Part shown: positions 37,830 through 50,470 of the stretch, in pieces
How positions within the stretch are numbered: the stretch's first letter is position 1
Layout of the letters: each line of letters starts with the position of its first letter
Assembly: GCA_964187785.1 (NCBI GenBank)
Contig: OZ076410.1
Coordinates: forward strand, 97,526,001 to 97,590,000
Origin: Amphiscolops sp. MND2022
Taxonomy: Eukaryota
DNA length: 64,000 nt
Direction: 5' to 3'
Notes under the pieces: model-generated
Told to the model about the DNA's origin: nothing
Seen by the model: the letters and a program-made list of their open reading frames with translations, nothing else
Databases searched by the model: none
Position numbers and translations under genes: made by a program

Positions 37830-38400
37830 CATATGATTCCTAGCGATTCCATGCTTGAAAACATATGGTTCCATGCGATTCCATGCTTGAAAACATATGG
37901 TTCCATGCGATTCCATGCTTGGAGTCATATGGTTTCATGCGATTCCATGCTTGAAAACATATGGTTCCATGCGATTCCATGCTTGAAAACATATGGCTCC
38001 ATGCGATTCCATGCTTGAAAACATATGGTTTCATGCAATTCCATGGTTGGAGTCATATGGTTTCATGCGATTCCATGCTTGAAAACATATGGTTCCATGC
38101 GATTCCATGCTTGAAAACATATGGTTTCATGCGATTCCATGCTTGAAAACATATGGTTTCATGCGATTCCATGCTTGAAAACGTATGGTTCCATGCGATT
38201 CCATGCTTGAAAACATATGGTTCAATGCGATTCCATGCTTGGAGTCATATGGTTTCATGCGATTCCATGGTTGGAGTCATATGGTTTCATGCGATTCCAT
38301 GCTTGAAAACATATGGTTTCATGCGATTCCATGCTTGGAGTCATATGGTTTCATGTGATTCCATGGTTGGAGTCATATGGTTTCATGCGATTCTATGCAT
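37830..38400. repeat. 32-bp minisatellite, ~18 copies, two variants
   Basis: Unit CATATGGTT(C/T)CATGCGATTCCATGCTTG(AAAA/GAGT); period measured at 37862/37894/37926. Confidence 0.95.
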
Positions 38401-39699
38401 GAAAACGGCATGAAATTTTTCGTATGGAACCGGGTAGGTTTCTGGTTTTGTTGATATATCAAGGAAATGAACACTAGCTGTTTAACAAACTGAAACATAT
38501 TGGATAACCAGTCCTTTATTTTACCGAATTAACAAAAAATTTACCGACGAACTTATAATTAACTTGGGGAGAAAAATTATGCTGGGCGGTTTTCATGAGT
38601 ATTAGATCCTTAATGCTTCGTTAAATTTTATAGCCAGGAAAAATTTCCAGTGACCACAGTAATAACTCAATCCCAACAGAAACTAAGCGTAAACAGCGAA
38701 TTGTATGAATAAACAGGAGAAAGATTGAATTTCAACCATCGAAGATATAATTTTTAAAAATTATCCAACCGCTAAAGAAACTGATCCTAAAATTCTTCCT
38801 TAAGGATTCCTCCTTAAAGAATTCTCTCTCTTGAAGTTTTGAAATGTTTAAAAAAATCGTTTCCAAACTCTTTTTTATCAACAGTGGTTTTTGGAATTAA
38901 CCATTAGTACTCACCGTTTTTGGAGTCTGAAAGGTGTGAAGAGAATTATGTCACTGGAATTTGACTGTCAAACACTGGATTTCACCGTGAATGCTCATTT
39001 TTTTTCGAACGAAGCTAACATTTTTTCTAGAGAGAACGAAGTAAACTTATTTGTCGAAGTACATAAGTCAATCAAATAGCGAATGATCGATAAAAAACTG
39101 AAAACGAAGGTGGAAAAACTATAGTTTACTTCGGAAACAAGATAATGAAATGTGTCGGTAGCGATTTTTATGAAAAAGGCAGAGTTCATTGGTTTTTCAG
39201 CTCATGGGCCAATTATTGACTTTGTTAAAATTTTCCGATTTTTTTGATAAATTCTTCCACCAATAATATATTTGGACAGTCAGCAAAATTGCAATGAGAC
39301 TGATTCGTGGAATGATTTCAATTGGTCGGAATTTCAGAGCATTCATAATTACTCTGGGGTAGTAAAAAGCTGAAAACAATCGTCTTCGCCAACGAAAATA
39401 TTCTAGTCACAAGAAAAATCTAAAATTTCAATAATTAATAGTCGTGAAATTTTTTATTTTGAATCAAACAAAGACCACAAAAGTTGTGGTAGATGTTATT
39501 GAAGTCATGAAAGTGTTAAAGTTGTCAGTTGTAAATATGTATCAACACTACCTGTCAAAAGTCTACCTTAAGGTTATTATGCTAGCGCCAGTTGCCTCAG
39601 AGCCTTGAGAAAAGATACACGTTCTGAAAAACACTTCATAATGTATAATATATTCTTAATCCTCTACATCCTTTACAAATTCCATTCGAGTTCCACGTT

Positions 39700-42430
39700 A
39701 ACATGGCGATGGCGCTGCGATCAGAAAGCAGCAATTCATCATCTTTAACATTGTCAACAACGGCAATGTCGCACCTCGTCGGGTTACCAGTGTACTGGCA
39801 TGAGGCCAACTCAACCCCTACTATGGACTGGGACAAGTGGCTGGAATCGTTTCAAGTGGCTGTCATGGCCAAGTTCTCCATTTCAATCACAGAGTTGACT
39901 CGTGAAGTGAATGAGCAGAATCCAAGAGCCAGAGCTTCATTAGGGGATATGGACGAAGACCTTGCCAACAAAAAAGTAGTCAGTGTGCTGTACCATATAT
40001 CCCTCTGGAACTTAAAGGTGAAGAAACTGATGCAGCTAGCTACGACTGCTTCCAAATAAAAAGAAACCGTACCCTTGATCGTCATAATTTGTTTTCAAGA
40101 TTGCAGCAACCCGGCGAGACACTTCAACAATTCTGGCATACGTTGAATAGTTCAGCAACCCTGTGCGATTTTGGAGAACAAACGAAAACCCTCGTGCTAG
40201 ACATGTTCATTTTACATATGAAAATAAAAACGTGCAGGAAAAACGTTGCACCGAACCCCGTGAGCCAGCAGAAAGGCCGTCGAATTCCTATCCAACTACA
40301 GGAGCAAGATGATAAAGAAGTTGAAGAATTGCTAAAAGATGGCCACATTGAAGAAATAGATAAGATTCAAGATGACGTATTTATTCAACCAACAGTAATA
40401 GCAGTCAAAAAGGACAAATTGGTGAAAATAGCGCTAGATGCACGCGCGCGAAATGAATCTATAGCAAAAGATAAATACCCAATGCCCAACCTAGATAATA
40501 TAATTGACATGATTGCGGACGAATTGGAAAAAAGTGAAGGGGAAGCTTGGTATTCGTTTGCAAATATGACCTATGCTTATGGACAAATTCCGCTACATGA
40601 ATTACCAAACATACATTGTAATTTTCAAATACTTGGAGAAAATCCACCATCGATTTACCACTGGGTATTATGGACTGACTGTAATGCGAACTGAGTTCCA
40701 AAAACGAATGGATTCGACGCTAGCCAATATAAATAGTGTATTTGCGTACATAGACAACTTTTTAATTGTAACCAAGGGAACCAAGCAAGAGCATGTAAAT
40801 AAAGTAAAAGAAGTTATGAGAGTGTTTGACGACGCCAAGTTGCAACTAAAGGCAGGAAAATGCATAATTGCTCAAGACAGCATAGAATGGCTAGGCTTCA
40901 AATTAACGCGAACAGGCCTCGCCCGGATTATCACAAGATCCCAGGGTATAAGTGAAAGATTGCGACCGACCAATTTAAAACAATTACGCTCTTTTCTGGG
41001 GCAGTCAATCAATTCAATAAATTTATACCTAATTTAGCTTCAATCAGTTCTCCTTTTTGATCTATTTTAAAGAATGATACAAAGTGGGAATAGAATAACA
41101 GTCATGAGAAAGCATTTGTCCAAATATATAAACAAATCAAGAACGTTGTAGATATATCAAATTTTAAAAGGAACCAAGAAATTATAATTATTTCTTATGT
41201 AAGTAAAAAAGGGCTAGGTGCAGTGTTGCAACAAAAACAAAATAATAATGAATGGAGACCAATTTGCTTTGCATCACGCTTGTTAACAGATTTCGAGGCA
41301 AAATACTCCATTAATGAACTGGAGTTACTAGCTATAGTATGGGCAGTCGTGCATTTTAAAATTTATGTATTAGGTGTAAAGTTTAAAGTAATCTCAGATC
41401 ACAAAGCGTTAATGTCAGTATTGAAACCAACTAGGGGACACAAGTTTTTTTCGAGCAGATTAACCAGATGGGTGGGTAGATTACTACCCTTTGAATTCGA
41501 AGTAATACATGTAGCCGGGAGAACATTAGGGATGGCACACTACTTATCCCGTCATCCAGCTGAATTACAAGGAGCATCGTTAAAAGCTGAAGCACTATGG
41601 AATGAAAGGTTTACTGTAAATAGTGTAATTAGTTTGAAAGATGTTTTAGATGACTGGACGCCAGCAAGCAGGCGCTTTAATGAAGCTATTCAATTTTTTT
41701 GCAATCCTTCAGATCTTTCATGTAACCGTTCCTTTTCAAGAAATTCATTAACATCTCATGCTATTGTGCCTTTTGTCAATTCTAGGATTTTTCCTCCTTA
41801 TTGATAGAAAAGAATGCTTCTCGCGGGAGCGAAATTAATACTAGGAGCGAAACTTTGAATTCTGGAAAACTCTGACGGTGAATGTAAAGATGTATTCAGA
41901 CAATGGAATAAAGGTTTGGCTAGTAATAATAGAAATTGGAATAAAAGGGAAAATTTATCCAAAGGAAAAAGAGAAAAAAATTGAAAATATTTCATTTAAA
42001 AAACTCGATACTGTTTCAGACGAAGCACCAAACTGAGCGATATAAATCCAAGTGAATTAATACTGTAGAAGTTTTCCTTTTTTTAAACCCACGCTCTAAT
42101 AGCGCTAAAAAAGTTGGAGCTGAAAGCGGTGAAAATAAAACGAAAGTCTTTGATTGGCTGATACTTTCTTCATGTGATGTCAGACGCAGTTGAGTCATTT
42201 ATTGCGGGATGGAGCGGCCACGTGAAATTAAATTCCATTTGACCGAAATGAAAAGTTCAATTTAAATTACTTAGACGAACGCGAATGATTTGCTTTCGTC
42301 GAATGAATTTTACTTACCAATTTTGGATGAAATCAGCTAACGAGTGTTGCTATCAAGCCGAATAGTAGAAAGTTGTGAATACGACACTACGAAATTTCCT
42401 TTCGTTGATGATTACCAAGCAAAGATTCGA
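39700..42430 (+). mobile_element. Internally deleted, decayed Ty3/Gypsy fragment
   Basis: gag-like (DWDKWLESFQVAVMAK) joined directly to RT (IPIQLQEQ, YPMPNLD, AYIDNF); RNase H (WRPICFASRLL, YSINELELLA). No LTRs identified. Confidence 0.85.
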
Positions 42431-42575
42431 TAATTCGTTTCCTTTTTTCCTGAGACCGTATAAATCACACTGGGTAGTTTTCTCTTTTTTTTTCAACAGT
42501 CAAAAGTCCTCTAATTTCAATTTTAGATCATTTATGAAAATGAATTGAGACAAAAAAGCATTTGTAACACATTTT

Positions 42576-42845
42576 GGACCATGTGTCTTATCCCGCAACT
42601 ACACCTTGTTGGCAATTCCCCCAGCACGAAAACACATTTTGTTCTTGAATAAAAATGTTTCACTAATCAGAGAATATCATATGAAAGTAAATACTTAGAG
42701 GATTGTCTCTACAACTGTTTGGACACTTCTGGCAAAAAATTACCATTTGATAATATTGTCCAAAATAGCAGAAATTTACGTTTAAAACAAGTTGAAATTG
42801 TATAAAAAGTTCCCTATTTCAACGCAAGTTTTTTCCGCTCAACTA
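42576..42845 (+). mobile_element. Family B MITE, partial copy
   Basis: Starts GGACCATGTGTCTTAT; body colinear with 77-350. Confidence 0.75.
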
Positions 42846-42867
42846 CTAATTAGAGTACTACCGAGAC

Positions 42868-43146
42868 TAAAAGGTCCCCCCTTTTGATTTTTTTGGCACT
42901 GTGCGACTTTTTTTCGAAAATTTTTTAATGTCTTAAAGGGTCCCCCCTTTGAGTTTTTTTGTTATTTTGCAACAGAATGCATGCTTATAAATCAAAAAAG
43001 GTCCCCCCTTTTACATTTTTTGGCAGTGTGCGACATTTTCCGAAGGACAAAAAATTCTCGAAAGACTCAAGTTTTTTTCCAAAGAAAATGTTTTGCGCTT
43101 TTTGAGCCTTAGATATAGCGCCGACTTTAGACGTTCTCGTCTTGTT
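42868..43146 (-). mobile_element. Family A copy 6 (5' half)
   Basis: Minus-strand start AACAAGACGAGAACGTCTAAAGTCGGCGCTATATC. Confidence 0.7.
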
Positions 43147-43514
43147 ACCCTTAGTTCTCCGTATGATATTGCTTATTTGGTTTTCTTATTTGGTTTTCTT
43201 TCGCCTCTGTGTACAAAACCTACTTTTTTAAACCTTGATCGAGGCTCCGTTTTAGGCTGTTCCATTTTTACACTACATCCGTAGTGGTTTGCGTTTTACT
43301 AAGGAGGAAGCGGCGATTTGAGAACAAAGCGCTATATCCGAATTACGACGTTTTATTCGAAGAATAATTGCGTCATACTAATTGGAAAGTAGAGGTTCTG
43401 AATTATTGCTCCATTTCCGAATTTGGACGTATGTATATGTATTTATTTTTCGTTTCTACTTGGGTTTAATGTTTAGTCATCATTTTTTCTAGATTTTTAC
43501 GTTGTGTTTCATTC

Positions 43515-44120
43515 ATGATGCCGAAGAAGCATCCAACTTTCTCACCCCTTCAAATGAGAGGTGTCATAAAGCTATCCAACGGAAAAATCATGCATTGGAA
43601 TTGTTTCCGGATTTCATATAAAGTCACGACTGCTCTCATCGGGGATTCAATAGTAAGAGATATTTGCATAAACGGGGTATGTGCATATTCGATTCCAGGA
43701 GGAACTATAGAGGATTTTAGGAGACCAGAGGTTTTACTTCAACTCTGCCCCTACCAAAATATTATCGTTGGCAGCATTGGTGGAAATGACTTGACCACAA
43801 GAGAAGGGATATGTTTAAGGAATCCCGTTGATGTTTTTAATGATTTCATGGATTTGGTCAATTTGTTGGCTCTGTTTGTTGACATTGTTATGACTGTTTC
43901 GCAACGTTTTGGTGGCCTGAGTCAGGTGACAGATTTCAATAGACTTTTGGAGCAGTCTTCTGCCCTGTCAACTTATAAAACGAGACGCAAAGTGCACAGG
44001 CTACAGTGCTGGGAAGCTGACAAAGTGCACCTCACTCTATCAGGAAGAAGGGATTTCTGCAAGGCGGAAGGAGATCTTAGAAATGTGTTCCACTTTTTGC
44101 CCCATAGTTGCCCGAACTGA
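43515..44120 (+). CDS. SGNH/GDSL hydrolase-like protein (201 aa)
   Basis: Block I LIGDSIVR, block II IPGGT, block III GGND, block V DKVHL; uninterrupted ORF. Confidence 0.75.
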   Translation: MMPKKHPTFSPLQMRGVIKLSNGKIMHWNCFRISYKVTTALIGDSIVRDICINGVCAYSIPGGTIEDFRRPEVLLQLCPYQNIIVGSIGGNDLTTREGICLRNPVDVFNDFMDLVNLLALFVDIVMTVSQRFGGLSQVTDFNRLLEQSSALSTYKTRRKVHRLQCWEADKVHLTLSGRRDFCKAEGDLRNVFHFLPHSCPN

Positions 44121-44746
44121 ATTGCCACGTGCAAGTAAAATGTTTACTTCTCTGAATAATTCGAACTTGTATCTTTTCATTTGTTGAGGCCTTGAGATAA
44201 TTTCATTTGGTATTCGTTTTGGCTTTCTTCGGGAAATGTTTTCCCAAAAGTTATAACTGTGCCCCATTCATTCACGTGCTATTAATTAATGTTGGTTTCT
44301 TTTTTTTCCTAGGATACAACTTCGGTGACTTATTTTGCCGGCGTGTCCAGTTTACCTCTCAAGTTTTCTATGGAAAGCCTCTTTTAGGCTATCTGCGAAA
44401 AGGGTGTCCAAAAGAGCTTGTCACTTGCCCCCATCAATGTATGTTGGACTGCTTTTTTAACTTTTAACCAATCTCATAATCTTTAGCTAAAGAACTGTTT
44501 GTTCATCTTGACGGATGATTATTTGAAATATATTCACTAGTTTGTTTGTCTTGCAATCAAGTTTTTGATGCAATTGTTTTGTCAAGATTTGGTTTCTTCT
44601 TATTTGGTCAAGAAACTGCCTCTTTGATTATTGAGCTTTGTTGGTAAACTTTTAGGTGAGGTTCTTTTTTAAGGGCCTATGCCCATGTGCTACAGTAGAG
44701 TATTCCATAGTTACCTGCAGCATTTTTCAGTTTGTTTGTCGAGATG

Positions 44747-45760
44747 ACTGAAAAAAGGAAAAGTCAAAAAACTAACGAAGACGACACCTTAAATGATTAT
44801 CTCACGTTCTTGAATAATAAAGCTGCGTCAATGCGTTGGCTGTTTTATTGCTCAGCAGACAAAAAGTGCTTCGTTCTAACTTATAACCACAGTGTGTGGA
44901 CCAGGCACTTCTCACTACAAGATAAAATCGATCTAAGCCCAAACGCTTTTATGGAGATGAGGTACAATGGTAGTAGCTATAAATGAAGCTTGGTGAAGTC
45001 AAGAACTGCTGCTGAAGTTCGCGCAGCTCAGCGGAAGACGTTTCAGCGTCTCAATGAAGTTGAGCATACCCTTCCTTTGATTGAGCTAGATAGAAGTATC
45101 CAAGAACCTGTGGAACAAGAAGTCATTAGTTCCACCCAAAACATTGTTTTTGATGATGCGTTGATGAATGATCAGTCTAAGGCGCGGTCTCCAGCACAAG
45201 GCAAAGGGAAGAAAAATTGTACAATTGACCAATCTCTTCTGCTAGGCTAAACGCGACAGACATCGCATGATCCGAACGAGTTCAACTCCCACAATTTCCT
45301 AAAGATGCAGGGGTCTTTTTTCGACAATTGGCTGGAACAACAGAAACAGATGACGATGGGCATCCTCAGTCACAACAAAAGTGTAAACAAGAGTTTAAAC
45401 AGGTTGATTTCCGTGTTAGAAAGATCTGGAAAAGGCGACCAGGAAGCTGAGGCAGAAGGGTCCGAAAACGTTGACCCAGAATTCCTAATAAACGGAGAGT
45501 TAACCTTCTGGCCTTGCCGTAGGAGAAAAATGCGTCCATGTTTGGGCCGCCTTATTTTCGGTGATAAGGAAGACTCAGAGTTGCTAAATACTATGATATC
45601 ACCTGGTAAAGACCAAGAAAGTACGAGATCGAGTTGTTGCGGAACGAAGAAGTCAATTTTTGCCAAAGTTGTGAAAAAAAATATCCCAAGAGTCCACAAG
45701 TTGCCTATGCAGCTGCGCGTGAAGCTGCCAACCAAATGGGAAGAGAGTTTTGTTTGAAAT
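44747..45760 (+). pseudogene. Accessory ORF paralogue 1 with BEN-domain-like C-terminus (disrupted)
   Basis: ORF pieces 44732-44986, 44990-45250 and 45305-45757; N-terminal ~110 aa near-identical to the ORF at 46559; C-terminal GRLIFG...TRSSC...VVKKNIP. Confidence 0.5.
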
Positions 45761-46558
45761 ATCCTTCTCGTGTCGCGGGACCTAGTGGAAGTAGTAGCGC
45801 AAACTGAATTTTTTTCTTGAGGAGAAAAATGCTGAATGGTTCGCTGTTAGCCTTTTTTAGGCTACGTTAGAAACACAGCTTTGCGAGAACTGAAATGTCA
45901 TATCAAATTGACTTCTTTATATCTTTGAAACATTTTTCGGAAAGCCTTTTTCAGGCTTTCTTCGGGAAAACGATTCCCAAAAGGTGGAATTGTGGCACCC
46001 TCCTATTTATCTGCCTCACTACTTTTCTCCTTCATTGAGTCCCAAATGGCCAATAAACTTATATGAAATTTCGTTGATGCCTTGAATTACCTTTCACGTG
46101 TTGATTTATATGTTGCATTCTTTCTCTCCTAGGATACCATCTCCGATGACTTTTTTTGCCGCCGTTCTTTACTTCTCAAAATTTCTATGGAAAGCCTCAT
46201 TTAGGCTGCCCGCGGAAAAAGAGTTCCAAAAAAGCTTGTCTCTTGCTCCCACCAATGTATGTTGGACTGCTTCTTTTACACCATTCTCATAATCTCCTTC
46301 ACATTATGAACTGCTTGTTTATTATGCTGTTTTATATTTCGAAAAATATTTCACTGCTTTTTGATGCACTTTGTTTTTCATGTTTTGGTTACTTCAGAAT
46401 CTCTCAAGAAAATGCTTCATTGATTGTTGAGCTTTGTTGTTAACATTTCATCATAGGTTTTTTGTCTTTTATTTCAAGTCCTAAGCCCATATGCTACATT
46501 AAAGTCTTCAATAGAAAACTGCAGCCTTTTTCAGTGCATTTGATGATTAACTGTCGAG

Positions 46559-47950
46559 ATGACTGGAAAAAGGAAAAGTCAAAAAACTCACGAAGACGAC
46601 ACCTTCAATGAACATCTCACATTCTTGAATAATAAAGCTGCGTCAATGCGTTGGCTGTTTTATTACTCAGCAGATAAAAAGTGCTTCGTTCTTACTTATA
46701 ACCACAGCGTAAGGCCAAGGCACTTCTCACTGCAAGATAAAATCAATCTAAGCCCAAACGACTTTGTGAAGATGAGCTACAACGGTAGTAGCTTGATGAA
46801 GTTAGGAACTGCTGCTGAAGTTCGCGAAGCTCAGCGGAAGACGTATCAACGTCTCAATGATGCTGATAAAACCCTTCCTTTTGTTGAGCTAGATAAAAAT
46901 ATCCAAGCACCTGTGGCACAAGAAGTCATCAGTTCCACCCAAAACGCTGTTTTTGACGATGTGTTGTTAGATGATGTGTTGATGGATGAACAGTCTCAGG
47001 CGCGGTGTCAAGCACATGGGAAAGGGAAGAAAAAACAACATGTCGCCGGATCTTCTTTCCTTGCTTTCGGTTCATTGCCGCAAAGTACATTAGAACCAAC
47101 GTTGTTTTCTCAAAACAATGGAATCAGTGATTTGTTACTGAGTGAACTCCCGAAAGAAGACGAAGTTTTTCCTCCGAACAATCACATCACGGGTAAAAGT
47201 TTTGAGCCGGTCAGGGGTGCTTCGTTCACTTCTGGCTCCACGCCATTCGCCAGCCATGGTAAGTAATCTTTCATTTTCAGCTCTCACAATTACTTTAGAC
47301 TGGCAAAGCCAAAAATATGGGTTATCCTATGTTCAGAATTTTGTTGATTGTGACTTTTTCCTATGCCACTGACTACTTCCAAAACGATTTCCTATTCTTC
47401 GGTAACTGATTTTTTGTTTTCCGACTTTCAGATCGCTCTGCATCTCTCAGCTCTGACCCTTGCCAGCTATTAGAGCTACAACATTCAATTTTCTCAAGAT
47501 ATCTCGAACAGCAGCGAGAATTCACAACTGGCCTTATGGTTCAAAACAAAAGCCTAACGCGGAATCTCAAACTTGTGCTGTCAGTTTTGGAGTCTGCTAA
47601 CTTTGAAGAAGAGGTTAATGAGGTAGCACTGGAAGTTGAATGTGCTGGTCCCAATTTCTTCTTTAATGGTGTAAATCTTCTGTAACTTCCGACGAGCAGT
47701 CAGACTACAACGTTTGGCAGGACATTGGGTCGTGCAATTTCCACAAAAGATAAGGGGAAAAAGGCGAATTGTGACTTGATTGACACAATGATATCACCCG
47801 GTAAAACCCAGGATAATACCAGGTCAAAGTGTTTCGAGAAAAAAAACAATGTTCGCTAAGGTTGTGAAAAGAAAGTTCCCCAAAAGCCCCAAAATTGTTT
47901 AGGCCAACCAAATGGGTTGAGAATTTCGTATGAAACATCCTTCTCGTGTC
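46559..47950 (+). pseudogene. Accessory ORF paralogue 2 (spliced) with BEN-domain-like C-terminus (disrupted)
   Basis: ORF 46559-47266; phase-1 donor CATG|GTAAGT (~47258) and acceptor TTTCAG (~47430) give an in-frame exon homologous to 45305-45757. TFGRTLGRAI...DLIDTMISPGK...VKRKFP...ANQMG-EFRMK fits BEN spacing. Confidence 0.5.
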
Positions 47951-50470
47951 GCGGGAACTAGTGGAAGTAGCGACTCAAAGTGAATACAATTTTTCTCGAA
48001 GAGAAATATGCTGATTGAATCGCTCTGTGAGTCTCTTTTAGGCTACGTTCAGAAGGTCCACTTCCGAGAACTGAAGAGCTTTATCGGATTGGCTTGTTTA
48101 TATCTCTAAAACGTTCTTTGGAAATTTTGCTTCAGGCTATCTTCGAGAAAAAAATCCCAAAAATTGCAAATGTGCCCCTCTTATGTATCTGCCTCACAAG
48201 TTTTGTCCTTCATAGAGTGCCAAAAAGCAAATAGACTTCTTTATGAATCTTTATGCCTTGATTTACCATTCACGTGCAATTAATTTATTTTGCTTTCTTT
48301 TTTTCCTAGGATACCACCTCGATGACTTACTTTGCCGCCGTATCCAGTTGACATGTTTTCCTCTCAAATTTTCTATGGAAAGCCTCTCTTAGGCTATCCG
48401 CGGAAAAAGGTGTCCAAAAGAGCTTGTCACTTGCCCCCATCAATGTATGTTGGACTGCTTTGTTAACCAATCTGATAATCTTTAGCTAATGAACTGTTTG
48501 TTCATCTTGACATTTGATTATTTGAAAGAGAATTGACTAGTTTGTTTGTCTTGCAATCAAATTATCAATGCAATTGTTTTGTCAAGTTTTGGTTTCTTCT
48601 CAGTCGGTCAAGAAACTGCTTTTTTGATTATTGAGCTTTGTTGGTAATTGTTTAGGTGAGGTTCTTTGTTTTTTTATCGGATTTTTGTTCATTTTAGACT
48701 GACATTTGTCCGTTATCTGCAGTTCCTTTCATTTAGCCTAAACTTTACAGTTTACGGAGAGTACTGAAAATATACCGTTTTCAATTTTGTTGAGTGAAAA
48801 GGCGACTCTGTCTCTTTCCGACATAACAGTTCTAACACTGAAATCTTTTTTTGTTTCAATTTAGAGTGCCTAATTTTCTATGGAAAGCCACCTTTAGGCT
48901 ATCCGCGCAAAAGAACTCCACGAGAGTTGGTCTGGTGCCCCCCCCCAGTTATTAACTTGCTTGACTGCTACGCTAGTCATTAATAGAGTCTCCATTAGCC
49001 AATGATTTTTCGTTGATTTATCTTATTCCTTTTTGTCTTGATTTAAAACTTTTTAAGTCTTTGGCGAATCATTCTTTCTCTGACTTTCCTTATACATCAT
49101 TGAAAGAGCTACACTGCAATGTTCAAGTGTATTCAAGTGACATGCTTACCACTCTGAAGATATCTTTGGAGAGCCTCCTTTAGGCTATCCGCGGAAAAAG
49201 GTGTCCAAAAAAGCTTGTCCCTTGCCCCCATCAATGTATGTTGGACTGCCTTCTAACTTTAGCATGTGTAATCTCATAATCTTTAGCTCATGAACTGTTT
49301 GTTCATCTGAACATTTGATACCTTGAAATATAATTCACTAGTTTGTTTGTCTTGCAATCAAATTTTTGATGCAATTGTTTTCTCAAGTTTTTGTTTCTTC
49401 TCAGTTCGTCAAGAAACTGCCTCTTTGATTATTGAGCTTTGTTGGTAATTGTTTAGGTGAGGTTCTTTGTTTTTTATCGGATTTTTGTTCATATTAGACT
49501 GAGATTTGTCCGTTATCTGCAGTTCCTTTCATTTAGCCTAAACTTTACAGTTTACGGAGAGTACTGAAAGTATACCGTTTTCAATTTTGTTGAGTGAAAA
49601 GGCGACTCTGTCTCTTTCCGACACAACAGTTCTAACACTGAAATCTTTATTTGTTTCAATTTAGAGTGCCTAATTTTCTATGGAAAGCCTCCTTTAGGCT
49701 ATCCGCGCAAAAGAACTCCACGAGAGTTGGTCTGGTGCCCCCCCAGTTAATAACTTGCTTGACTGCTACGCTAGTCATTAATAGAGTCTCCATTAGCCAA
49801 TGATTTTTCGCTGATTTATCTTATTCCTTTTTGTCTTGAGTTAAAACTTTTTAAGTCTTTGGCGAATCATTCTTTCTCTTACTTTCCTTATACATCATTG
49901 AAAGAGCTACACTGCAATGTTCAAGTGTATTCAAGTGACATGCTTACCACTCTGAAACTATCTTTGGAGAGCCTCCTTTAGGCTATCCGCGGAAAAAGGT
50001 GTCCAAAAACGCTTGTCCCTTGCCCCCATCAATGTATGTTGGACTGCCTTCTAACTTTAGCATGTGTAATCTCATAATCTTTAGCTAATGAACTGTTTGT
50101 TCATCTGAACATTTGATACCTTGAAATATAATTCACTAGTTTGTTTGTCTTGCAATCAAATTTTTGATGCAATTGTTTTCTCAAGTTTTTGTTTCTTCTC
50201 AGTTCGTCAAGAAACTGCCTCTTTGATAATTGAGCTTTGTTGGAAAATGTTCAGGTGAGGTTTTTTGTTTTTTTCCGGATGTTTGTTCAGTTTAGACTGA
50301 CATTTGTCCATTATCTGCAGTTCCCTTCTTTTAGTTTTAACTTTACAGTTTACGGAAAGTACTGAAAATATCCCGCTTTTAATTTTGTTAAGTGAAAAGG
50401 CGACTCTGTCTCTCCCCGACACCACAGTTCTAACACTGAAATCTTTATTAGTTTCAATTTAGATTGCCTA

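Larger units (their letters stand above)
44366..50470. repeat. Hierarchical internal repeats (module with TAGGCTATCCGCG core, 7 copies; ~800-bp tandem units)
   Basis: Core at ~44384, 46202, 48391, 48893, 49180, 49696 and 49980; ~800-bp period across 48380-50470. Confidence 0.9.

Noticed and set aside
37797-38413. Overlapping ORFs (WFHAIPCLKTYG...) and a possible CRISPR-like array
   Set aside because: The ORFs are translations of a stop-poor 32-bp tandem repeat. Units are contiguous with no unique spacers and the context is eukaryotic.
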